Assembly (NCBI GenBank): GCA_012295275.1
Contig: CM022679.1
Span: 18,228,001 to 18,292,000 of the forward strand
Source of the DNA: Chrysomallon squamiferum
Lineage: Eukaryota; Animalia; Mollusca
DNA length: 64,000 nt
Direction: 5' to 3'
The notes under the pieces were generated by a model. It saw nothing but the letters and a program-made list of their open reading frames with translations, ran no database searches and had not been told where the DNA came from. The translations under genes were made by a program, and so were the position numbers. Every line of letters begins with the position of its first letter. The first letter of the stretch is position 1. Of the stretch, positions 13,539 through 54,176 are shown one piece after another.

Positions 13539-14040
13539 CTGCAATAATACAACCAGCTGTAAGAAGGATAACAGAAAATATTATTCTTTTACTGGGATGA
13601 TCTTTGTTCAGAATACATGTGGAAAAGATGAGAGTTGTTAATGGAACACAGCGCTTCAAGACCCCATACATTGCAATATTCATGTGTGACAAAGCAGTTA
13701 GTGCAAAAACAGCATTAGCTCCGTAAAAAACAGCTGGCCAGAAAAAATGCCTGCCCCTTGAAAGTGTATATCTAGGCAATGTGATTAGTCCAAAAATACG
13801 CAAACTCTGTAAGATACAGATTGTAAAAATCATTTGCACAGTCATAATTAATACTGGATAATCAAATTTGAATGATGCAAGGAGAGTTTTGTTTATGAAG
13901 GCAACAGAAACAGAGCAAACTCCATAAAATAAGGCTGCAACCAATCCTTTAATTCTTGTTTCAAAACTTGAAATAGGTTCTTTTTGAAAATCCAAAATAA
14001 TTTCATTGTTATTTTGATGTAGATTTTCATTTTCAGACAT
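13539..14040 (-). CDS. SLC35D-family (SLC35D3-like) nucleotide-sugar transporter, first coding exon
   Basis: Acceptor at 14064-14065, ATG at 14040. Translation MSENEN...AALFYGVCSVSVAFINK..FDYP...ALSHMNIAMYGVLKR...GCIIA. Donor G|GTACAT at 13538. The joined CDS is 1023 nt (340 aa) and in frame. Confidence 0.92.
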
Positions 14041-17000
14041 AGCTTGGCTGATTGGTGATAGTTCTGAAAAATACATAACAGAATAAAATGAATCAATCTG
14101 ACCTTTGAGAATTTATTTTAAATAGAAAAAAATACATTAAAATGTATTATTAGTGTTTCTGACTTCTGTATTTAGAGTAGATATAAGATTTCTAGAAGTG
14201 AAGGAAAACTGCACAGATAAAATATAATTTATTTTAATGATAAAGGAAGAACAAATCTAAATGTTACAAGAAAGTAAAAATACATATTTCCATTCCTTTC
14301 TAGAAGTTGAAATATTATTTACAAAAATGTATTGCACAATATTTTTTTTAGAATTACATTTGCTATACAGTTCAACCTACAAATAATGTGACAGCCATTC
14401 TGTATTTCATTCTATATATATATATATATATATATCAGTGATCAATTTTAATGACTGCCTACACTCTATTTATATTACAACTAAGTACATCATTTATATG
14501 TTAAACTGTCTCATAAACTATTTTGTTATATGTAAAGCATGTAAAAGATAACAACAAATAAAAATAAAAAATATAAAATTGCAGCAAGTAATAAAATAAA
14601 TGAAGAATCTGATTACCATTTTCATGGATGCCTCATTCTTTAGATAATTCAGTAAGAAAATTGACTTGAAGATTCTTTAATTTAAAATGATAGAACACTT
14701 TTGGAGGTATATCACAAAAAAGCCAGATTTACTCATTTATAAAATAACTATACATCATTATAAAATATCTATTTCATACAGAACAACATAATCAAAACTC
14801 AATGTTCTTAGGTAAATATGGTCTAAATTATAGCTATTTTACTGATATCCTCACTGTTAATAAATTTGTACTCAAATTCAACATGTCTCATAGATTAATA
14901 GTCATTTAGCAAGTAATGATGGCCGACCAACCACACAAAGATGGTCCAAAATGATGACTAACTTTTATAGCCAGAAACTGTAAGAATTAGTGGATGGTGT
15001 TAGTGATTTTTATAGTGTGTACAATGCATGTAAAACAGACCTTTAATAAATGACACTGTTAAAAATAGGGTTGGATGTGTTGTTAATACAGCTATGTTGT
15101 AGGCTAAAGACATTCATAAATACACCTTCAAAACTATGAACATTTTGTCAGTGACATGTTAATGATATCATTATACGTAACATTATCAAGGAAAACCCAA
15201 CAACCATTAAAACTGAACCCTGCATATATGTTATGTAAATCTGTGAAATCAGTGATTACATGAAATGCCTGAAATATGTGACCATTAGTCATTTAGTGTA
15301 ATGCTTAAAATTTTCTGTCTTTTCCAGAAATGACTGAAAAATGCACGAAGCCATCTGTGTAATATGTTGGCAACCTATATTGGTAATTTTCTGAATATTT
15401 ACATTTTATTTATCTGATATTATCACATATATTAAATTTATCATTATTAATAATTTGTTTATTCTGCTATTTTGCAGAGACTGAATAGAACTTTGAGGTA
15501 TATCTGAAACCCACATGTGATTTCAATGATCAAAGGCTAATTATATTGCTAAGAACAATGAAACGTGCTCACTTGATGCTATGCTTAATGACAACATAAA
15601 TAGAGAAATGGAAGCTATATAGGGAGACAATGTTCATCTATTTTTCAGTTTTCAGTTTATGTCCAATATCTGTATTAGCATGTTGTTAGAAATATTTATT
15701 AGTTTTCCGTTATCAAGTTTCTAGCAATTGATATTAATGAAACATAATAAAACGAAAAATATAAAAGTTAATTTCAGTTTCTTGAAATCATTTAGTAAGA
15801 TCAAACACTAAGTCTTTCTTTGCTGAATTAATAGCTTTGCTTGATTCAACAATATTGCTATAAAGTTTTCATGAAAGATGTATTTTTCCATTGTAAATCT
15901 GACTTATTCTTTTGCATTATCTTTTTGAATTAGAAATTATTATGATAGGTTTGAACTGGGGTAGGTAAAAAATTTCTGTTATCTGCCCCCAATAACAAAT
16001 GACATTTTCACATTATACAATTTTTTTTCATGGAGAGACTAACTGTGCCCACCCACCTGAATCCTACCTCCTTAGTATACCCCTGGTTCTAAAAATTCAT
16101 TTGCCTATAATGGTTATATAATGCATTTACATGATTGAAGAATTCAGCTAAACTCAGTTTATTGTTACTAAGAATTCATAAATACAATATACTCATTTTC
16201 TGTGAATATAACATAAAAATATATTAAAAAAATTGTTTAAACAATCAAATTGTCTTTGTTTTTAGTGGTAAGTTCTAAATTTAGTTATTGTTTGATAATT
16301 AAAATTCAGACAAAAAAATCACAAGCAGATTCCAGCTGATGCAAGTAATATACCACTTATTTAGCATAATAATGACTAATAGTCACAGGCACAATGTGAA
16401 ATGACTGAGTATTTCAGATATTTCATATACTGACTGATTTTGAAAATTGACTGTAACATCATATGTATTGGGAAGGAGTAGATGCTAATCAGGTATTTGC
16501 TTTAAATGTCTTATTTTACCATACAGTTCATATGTACACTTTTAGCCCTGACATATCATTTTCTGTGAATGACATTCATTTCAGTACAAGCCATCATGGT
16601 AAATTGTTATTTCACAACTGTATGAACTATGATCTTTTTAACTTCAGTTTGTATGTCATAATATATAATTACACATATTTTCATGTGAATTACTGATAGA
16701 TTTTCACTGAAATGAAAGTTGGGAATCCTGTTTCTTTTTAACCTTGCTTCCTTCAGTCAAGTAAACTAGCACTCAGCAACTTTCAAGGCATCCTTTAAAA
16801 TTAACTGTGCCAACTGAAAAGTTTGTCATGGCTCAGCATTTCAATCTTAAAATGTTTAGTTTTGGTGGGTTATTATTGTGTGTGTGTGTGTGTGTGTAAA
16901 GAATTTGGCTGTCTTTTTTACAAAAAAAACTAGCCAATTCTATGGAGTTAAAATTTAAAATAATAATAATAATAATATGAAACAAAATTATCAAGAAACA

Positions 17001-17139
17001 CTCTTAGTTCTGTAATATGTAATAATAAGAAAATAATTCTTTTGATTTGCATTCAAAAACCTGGACATAGTCATATACAATTTAAGAATGTAATCTACAA
17101 TGAGTAACTGAAAACACCCCAAACAAGGGCAACATAACT

Positions 17140-17980
17140 GAATACGACAATATTTTGCTCACAGTGTATTAAATCTTAATTGCGATTTGCACGATGTAAT
17201 TGGAGGATAATACTTTTTCCCTTTATCTTTCGTTCACAACTCGGTAACTGTTTTCGGTCGCCACGTTATCAAAACACTTCTTCAAGCTTTTACTCTCTTT
17301 CGTTTACCGAAACTGCGGTTATTTTCGTAACACTACGTATCTTTCAATTGAAATACTTCGGGTCTTTCCGGGTTATCAAGATTATTTAAATTTATTACAC
17401 AGTAATTAACAGTACAGAGTAGATACCTCAACAGTGAGTTTGTGGCCTTACGAAATCAAGAAAACCAAATTCACTATTTTGTTTAAAGGTGGTTGGAAAT
17501 GAATAACGTTTTTAATTTTTAAATTTTTTGTTTTGTTTTAGTTTTACACATTGTTTCCCGTATTAGTATAAATCTGGTGCTGAAGTGTTCGGTTTTAGAC
17601 TTTTAGACTATTCTGTATTCGTGTTTTTACTAGTTTGAGCCATTTTTGTCATATCTGCGCTTTCGTTTTTTTTTCTTAATTTCTTTTTTTATTTTTGTTT
17701 GTTTATTTATTTATTTTAAATTTTATTTGAAAAAAACAACAACAACAACAACAACAACAAACAAACAAACAACACCACAAATACAGTGCAGTATTAAGAT
17801 AACTACTATGTGAAAATAAAGACTGAATGCGAATGCGCTCATAATGTAAACAAAATACAATGATTTTGTGTATCATTTTCAACGAAGGGACGTAATTGCG
17901 TCATTATCATATGATCCAGATGGCAGGTGTTCGTGTGTTCAGTCAGTTGTTATTATCAGTAATTTTACACGTGAAGCAAA
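17140..17980. promoter_or_regulatory. CpG-retaining probable promoter or first non-coding exon region of the SLC35D-like gene
   Basis: Sharp local rise in CpG (17180-17375, 17826-17975) in otherwise CpG-poor DNA, ~3 kb upstream of the acceptor of the first coding exon. Candidate minus-strand donors at ~17307 (G|GTAAAC) and ~17426 (GAG|GTATCT). CACGTG at 17968. Confidence 0.55.
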
Positions 17981-19958
17981 TGATTTGCTGATTCAAACAA
18001 GATTTTAAAAACAGATATTTTAAATAGTTGAGCATCCTCAATTTTCCTAAATTCAGTTTTGCACAATACTGTCAGTTTTAGAGGAAATATTATCGGTAGT
18101 GTAATGTATAATATTAGAGTTGGGATATCTTTATATATATTTTTTTCATCATTTGGGCCTCACTTACTGCCATCAACTGCCAAAATATTTTTGTGCTTTG
18201 TTGATCGTGATGTTTAAACCAATTTATCTTTGTTAATTTATGAAGATAATATATTGTTAAGAAAAAAAAAAAAGAAGAATAAAAGGTCTCCCATTTAAAT
18301 CCTCATTTATTTCCCTTCCACCGGTAGCCGACATCAAAACAAATTTAGTATATACTTTACTAGGAGACATATGTCTATACAAATATGGAATTCTAGACAA
18401 TTTGTAACGTTGAATTTTGCGTTTGGCAATATATATTAATTAAGAATACCCAAATCTCAATTATTTTTATTTAACAGTGGATTTAAAAACCATAAAAAAA
18501 GAAAAAGAATGAAAAATACTTTGAATTGTGATTTGGGTATGAACAGGAATATTTCAGTTTCATGGGGCCCCTCAACACAAAAATTAAATTTATGTCAAAT
18601 AAAACAATGAATGATCAACCATATTTCTTTGAAAAATATGCAACCTCCCCCCAAAATACCAAAGTTTGGTTCAGAAGACGATGTATATTTTATTTGTCTC
18701 AGTTTTATTGACACAATAGAATAACTTTGGATGCAGTTTTCAGTTTGAATACAGGCTATACTGATATAAATTGCTGGCAATCAGATAAAGTATGAAGTAT
18801 AGTGGTGCTATTATTACTTTAAATTATGCATAACACTGTTAAGATTTTCTTTTTTTCATATCGCTCTATAAAATGTTAATTATTTATTCATACCAAATAA
18901 CATTATGTTACCATTTTATCTAGTTATTCAAAGGGAATGGGAAGCACTGCCTGACGTGGAAGGGCACACAGATCCCCTGTCCTAATTTTGGATGCACCCC
19001 CACACCTGCAATTAATTTTTTTTGTGACAGTAAAACTAATTTTATAATGTGATGTCTTGTTATGGATTGTCTTGTTTTACGAAAATATGCATGACAGGTC
19101 GATATTTATCAGAGGTGGGGGTAGAAATAACCCATAATCATACCTACTTCTTTTAATTTATGCAGCAGTAAAATTAACAATAGATGGATATATTGCAGCT
19201 GAACCATATGATTATTAAAATGTAAAATAATTCTATAATTTTATTTTTATTATTATTCCAAAATATTTTTCTAGATTTGTATAAAAATTTATTTTAATCA
19301 TCACTTTTATATTTTATGTGAATCATCAAAGTCTGAGGCAATCCATACACTTGTGTTAAATAATGATATTAGTGAGGGATGTAAAATATTGCTAAACAAA
19401 AAAACGAAAAAAATATATTTTCCTATTTGAATTTGTTACTATATAATTTACGTATTATTAAAAAATAAACAACTAATTAACAAAATTCACCTTTAAAATA
19501 GTTTAGTAAATACGTACTGTGCAGACCTGAAGTGAGATATAACTCATCCTTTTATTGGCAGTGCTGATTTTCAGTTCTTCCTTTTGATATAAGTATCAGC
19601 TGATTAATTTATCAGCAACATAAGTTTGTTGTTTGTGCAGGTTTGGGTAATTTGATGTCGCTGACTTTATAAAAATCGGGCCATGAGAATGGAAGTGCTC
19701 ATTTCTGTTTTCAAGTTCATATTGGAAGGAACACACTGTTCTAAAGTCTTTGAGTTTCAGTGTTGTCAACAAATTTAATGGCTAATTAAGTGTGGTAAAT
19801 TAAATATATATATATATACATGAAAATGAGCATTATTAACTGTATCTTTAACCATAACTAGATTGTAGACCTGCACATTGCAAACTTTTTGGCCTGCAGT
19901 AATTGATATTTAACATATTATGAGGAGGAACAAAAACTTTTTTCTTTTTTTTTCATTA

Positions 19959-20420
19959 CAGGATGACCAAAAATGATTGCAACCCATGCTACAGCAGATT
20001 ATATTCTATTGTTCTTATTTTGAAGATTCTTCTAAAGGATGTGATAACAAAAAGATTAATCAATAGTTTTTTCTCAAAATGCCTTGGACAACTGAACAGA
20101 AAACTTTTTGGGTGGAGACCTATTTTGAGACCTATTTTGAAACCAAGTCATTCATTTTAATCATTATTCAAACAAAAACCAGATTTATAGATGGGTCAAT
20201 AAGTTCAGGGCAAAGGGAATTGTGCAGAACTTGACTTCTGAAGGCAAATGGATCCAAACTGGACTACAATGAAGATTGCAGGAATGTAGTTACTGTCAGC
20301 CCTAAGAAGTCCATATGAAGTAGCAGTAAGGGAATCATTGAGGTGGATTCTTATCATGGACATTAAGTTGTACCCTTACAAAATTCATATTAAACAGAAG
20401 CTGACACAAGGGGATAGAGA
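19959..20420 (+). mobile_element. Truncated Tc1/mariner-superfamily transposon remnant (DUF4817-like N-terminal HTH region)
   Basis: TA+CAGGATGACC terminus-like start. From 20079 it reads MPWTTEQKTFWVETYF(ETYF)ETKSF, then frameshifted IYRWVNKFRAKGIV, SPKKSI and LRWILIMDIKLYPYKIHIKQKLTQGDR. Confidence 0.75.
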
Positions 20421-23400
20421 TGTCAGACCATATCAATAGCAAGAACTGTATTTTCAGAGTATGTTCTGTAGCATCTATTACATTATTTTTATTACTGTTG
20501 AAAGGTTATTCTTAATTAATGCTAGGATTTTGATTGCATATATTCATTCTAAATTCACCCTTCTGTACAATGTGTAATATTTTAATCAGAAAAGGTGCAA
20601 ATTCGGTCTTTAAATGCAGTAAAAATATTGGCATCTAACAATGGAAATATTATGTTATTATACTCTGAATGCTTCTGAATACCCACTGATAAGCATGTCA
20701 TTTATAATCTGTGTTTGTATGTAAAAAAAACAACTGAAAACTTAATGACTTGCAAGCAGATAGGATGTTTAATTTACAATACAAAAAATCTGTACAGTTA
20801 ATAACCATATACTTAAGAGATATAAAAAGTACAACAAATTATCTTTGTATTACTATTAACACCATATATATGGTAAAAAAAACTTCACTCCCAAAAACAA
20901 CAAAGAAATGGTTTAATTTTTTAAAATTTTACCCATTGTTATATTAGAGATAACAACTTATTTTTTGTGGCAGTGTGCCTATTTTGGTATGATGGTTTAA
21001 CATCACTGTGCCCACAGTCTGTAGGGATTAGTAATGGATTAAGTGATATGGCTGAATGCTTCAGTGCTATAGTCAGTGTCATTAAATTGAACACTTAAAC
21101 ATTTTGAAACAAATAGTGCCAGAACTACAAATCATGCTGAATATGTTGATTCTGTTTTCCATTTTGTACTGTGAAATATTGTAAGTCCATTGTTGGTCTT
21201 TTGGGAAATAAACTATACTGTAATTGTTTAATTGTTTGCTATCCTTGACTGCTTCAGTAATATATAACAATATGTATGGGCACAGTGAGGTGACCCAGGT
21301 ATGATGGGAAGAACCACCCTATATTAAAGTTTGAAGGCTCTCTCCCAATGTATACTTTAAATTGATGCGATGTGAAGCAATCACAGAACCACCAGAAGGA
21401 TTTTAGCACAAAAACAAAAATGTCAATAATCATGAATATAATGCAAAACAAAACAAAAATCCCCCCATTTTATTTATTTCACCCATGGATAATTTTATTT
21501 AAAATTTACTTCCAGCCCACAAATATAACTGTGTATTTGGAATAACACAAATATACATGTTTTTTTTTGTTTCTTTTTTTGGAGGGTTTGAGTGGGTGTT
21601 GTTTTATTTTTGTTGAATGTATTTTTACCAATGGCTGGAATTCTATTACATTAAAAGCAAAAATACTAAAAAATATATTTGTTAGCATTTTACTTTATGA
21701 AATGATGGTATGAAATTGACAGGAGCATTGCATCTTTATAATAATAAATACATTAAAATTCCCTCATCTGATATATAATAGTTTATCTGATTTGCATTAA
21801 CAATAAAAATAAAATAAAAAATCAGTAAAGGATTTTTGAGACAAAACCTTAAAAGACTATCCGTATATTATTTGTACATGTACATGATAATTCTGAGTAG
21901 CTTGTAATTATCATTTTCTTTAAATGCCATTTCTAAATTCTTTTTATTAATCACTGTAATGCAGGACAGTTACATAACATGATAGAATGACTTGGTTGCT
22001 GAGTGAGTGAGTTGATGTATATATAGAAAGCAAAATAATACTGGAAAAAAAATATCTTTCACAATAGACTACATACATGGTTCTGTGTCAAACTGCCATC
22101 ATTTTAACAGCTTTAGTTTCAGTAACTTCAGATTTATCAATCCTTAATCATAACTTAAAATTAATTTAATCACTTCTTGAATCTATTGATCATAAGGGAC
22201 ATTTACAATTGTCACAGTTAGCTATTTGCAATGAATTTTGGACTAGAATTGTTTTGTGAAATGAACCATACATTTATATTTGTACGTATTTTTTGAGTTC
22301 AGAAATATTAACAGGAATCCATATGTTTTCTAAGTATATCAATAAAAATATTACAAATAAATAAATTAATTCCATATGATTTGCCATGCTGGATCTGGAA
22401 TTACTGCCAGAAATTCTGAAACATTGCACTTCAGAAGACATTTTCACTGGCTTCAGTATAATACACTGAAACCATATCACCTTCAATTCACTACTTAATC
22501 TGGACATAGTAAAATAAAGTAATAATTTGGGAATTAAAAGTATGGGCATTTATTTAGGGACAATTTTTCAAAGGTTCATCATAATAGTGTAAACTGGGGA
22601 TAAATACTGTAATCATTACAACCAAATTATAATGGTTGGCATATATGCATTTAATAACTTTTGTACTGAATAAACATTAAAGATTACTAAACGGGCTGTT
22701 TTGTCTTCTCTAAATAAAGAGAAGAATCTTTTAAAACAGACTGAATTAGAAACAACTCAAGAGAAAACTTGACGATGAAATAACTTTAAACTATAAAAAT
22801 ATCCACTGAGAATAATCTGTAAAAATGAAAGAATTTAACTCGTATGTTTATAAAATTCCATTTTAGTTTAGTTTTCTTTGGTTTATTTCTAATTTTTTTT
22901 AAACCTAAATGTCTGATTACCTTGAAATTAAGGATATTTGCAGGATAAATCATACATATTGCAAACATGGACAATAATACTTGTCCAAACAAAATAGAAA
23001 TATATTAAATAACAAACACACACACACATTTATATATATAATTCACATATATTTACCCATTTGTTCATCTGGACAAAAACATAAGCATTATATTCATTCA
23101 TATATGTAGATAAAAATCTTACTAAAACTCTTAGTCTGTTGCTTCAAAATATGTAGCAAATTCTTACACACACAAACAATTACATATATAAAGAAAAATA
23201 GTAAGTGAAAAACCCCACTAAATATGCCCCTCCCAACGTTATAACAGATGTCAAAATTAAATAACTGTAATGTGATCCCTTTTCCTAAAGAGAAACTAAA
23301 TTAAAAAATGCATACATTTTCTCACTGAATTTAGCTTTCCCAAGAACAGGTAATCATTTGCTAATTTTAATCAATTCTCCCATCCTACTAACAATAATAA

Positions 23401-24436
23401 TAAAAATAAATACGTAAATACATAAAAATAAGAAGTAAAGGAAATAATAAATCAGTATTTTGCAGGAAATCAGTAGTTGTTCCTTTACCTATCATGGTTT
23501 CTAAGTCAAAACTTTTCAATAAATACAATGAGAAAACATAAAAATGTATTATAATCTGATCCAGATGATGTTAGAAACAAAACAGGATGTAAATAAAACA
23601 CCACATTAGCAAACTGAAAAATATTAAATTTAACCAGCAATAAAAAGTAAACATGAACACAGACTGCAGGAAGAATTATCTCTAATGAGGCTTGCCATAC
23701 CATGGTTTTGTTGCCAGAAGGCCCCATTTTCAGTACAAACACAATAATTATTTGAGAGAAAACCAGTAAATACGAATGTCATGAAAAATAAACTGGAAAT
23801 CCAAGATTATGATATATTTGTAACAGTTGAATAATCCATTCAAATATTAACAGAAGTGAAATAAATATTAACAGAAAGAAACTAGGAATATACAAATGTT
23901 TTAGATATTGCAGAAAAATAATCACATGACCATTCTTTATGCAACTTTTTCCAAATATGCATATATTCATCTTTCCTCATAACAAAACCTTTCATTTGGC
24001 ATATTTCTGACTTAAATTTACATTCTACTAGATTATAATATTCTTTTAATTTCTTTTTCTTTTTTCTTTGAAACACTAAATATACTTTTTATGAGATAAA
24101 GGTGCAGTCTTTATGAAAAATTAAATTCAGTTCTAATGTTTTTTTCCTAAATTCATGAACAAAAATTTTAAAAATGAAAAATAAAATAAAAAGATAAGGT
24201 AACTGGCAGGAAATATCAGCAGTTTCCTAAAGATTAAATTTAGATGTTGAATGTGTATGTCTCTGAAATCTAACATGAATTTAAGAAGTCTTTCATTTGC
24301 TCTGTGTTTCTATTTGGAATTGAGATGGTTGAACTTTGCATCCAGCTAGAGAACAGTATTTACTTTGTTCCTTATGTTGTTATGTGTCAGAAGAATAATT
24401 TTCTCAGGGTTTATTTTATTATACTGTCCAGGATTT

Positions 24437-52817
<28,381 letters not shown>

Positions 52818-52927
52818 GTTACTAGTTCAACTTATTAATTTTTATGGCTGTAGAAGTGTAGTCAGTCTTTGTCTAACACAGTAATCCTGTAGTGTTATTA
52901 CTTTTCTCCACGATTCTTTTCTTCTTC

Positions 52928-52966
<39 letters not shown>

Positions 52967-53810
52967 TAAATATATCGGTGCATAGTGTTGCTGTTCAAAA
53001 TAAAAAGTCAAGAAAAGTCGGAGTTTATCAATATAAATATCACATGTGTACGATAATAACTGATAGGTCACGTTCACATTCACTTTAAAAGCAATTTTGC
53101 ATCCGTTTTATATTATATATAAATATATATATGTGTATGTATGTATCCACACACACACACAAAAATAATAAATAAATAAATGAAAGCTAAAATAGTGTAA
53201 TAAAAAATGAATAACTGAATTCTGTTATAGACAATTAAATGTTAAAGAGGTAGTTCTTGTAGATATCAGCCTCAAGTGATTTTTGTATCATTACATTTCC
53301 TCTTCGAAAATTCAGACCTCAACTTCCGGAACATCCGGTATGCAATAAAACTAAATTACTAAAATCTGACTAAACCACACAATCAGACAAGTATTTAGAA
53401 ATAAAGGCAGTTTGTATTTCTCGAACTAGCACCATAACATATATCACAATTTGATTTAAAAAGATTACTTTACAAGAGCAAATGAAAACTTTAAATATAA
53501 TTAACAGTGATAAATTATTTTAAATATTATTATTTCATTACTTGTTTGTTATATTCACTTCCACAGTAACAAATTAAAACACACCCAGATAATAAAACAT
53601 TAATTATGAAGTGCATCAGTCACTATTTGATTCTATGAAATAATATTTTGTAACGTAATTTATTTAATACTGTTAATACTAGGACTGACAGACAGATGGA
53701 TGTATCTTTCATAATCAGTTTCATACATAATGTAGAAATAGACCTCCCACAACCCCCGACCCCCAAAAATGAAAAATAAATAAATAAATAAATAAATAAT
53801 AATAAAATAA

Positions 53811-53843
<33 letters not shown>

Positions 53844-54156
53844 TCTTAGTAATTGTGAACTCTTAAAATAGTAAACTATTATTCTTCTTCTCTGTCCGGA
53901 AAAATAGTCGCTATGATCTTATTTAAATATTATATTATCACATTAAATTGAGGTTCACGAATAACTGCTTCCTTTTTAAGTTGAAAACACTTATGTGAAC
54001 AATCCGAGAGAATTATCCTCGTACATCTCTTTTCAAGTCCGGACACCTCCCCTTTAATTACTAAGCGGAAATAGTGGTGCGCACGTGTTCAGTTTTATTC
54101 TTACTTTTGCAGTAGTACACAGTGTATGTAATCATTTCTTAAAAGACTAAACTGAT
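52818..54156. promoter_or_regulatory. Bidirectional promoter region between Miro and TBL3
   Basis: Divergent ATGs 1.34 kb apart with CpG retained. Tandem ETS-type sites ACTTCCGGAACATCCGG (53322-53338), CCGGAA near 53896, GCGGAA near 54065, and E-box CACGTG at 54082-54087. Confidence 0.75.
53776..53843. repeat. (AAAT)n/(AAT)n microsatellite
   Basis: Read directly from the sequence. An (ATT)n tract also lies at 52929-52965. Confidence 0.9.
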
Positions 54157-54176
54157 ATGAGTCAGCTTAAATCAAA
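54157..54176 (+). CDS. TBL3: TBL3 exon 1
   Basis: ATGAGTCAGCTTAAATCAAA|GTGAGT gives MSQLKS(N); phase 2 matches exon 2. Confidence 0.85.

Noticed and set aside
13453-14076. Supplied 207-aa ORF taken as a complete protein
   Set aside because: It overruns both splice sites. The coding part is 13539-14040, spliced to 13002.
17337-17345. GTATCTTT as a minor (U12) splice donor
   Set aside because: It deviates from RTATCCTT, and no matching branch site or exon was found. All mapped introns look like U2-type GT-AG.
20966-21017. TGGCAGTGT-containing weak hairpin as a miR-34 gene
   Set aside because: Only the seed matches and pairing is poor. At most it is a target site on the minus strand, if the Miro 3' UTR reaches this far.
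21254-21451. Protein-like ORF (..IGREPSNFNIGWFFPSYLGH..)
   Set aside because: No recognisable family or partner exons. Probably UTR or intergenic sequence.
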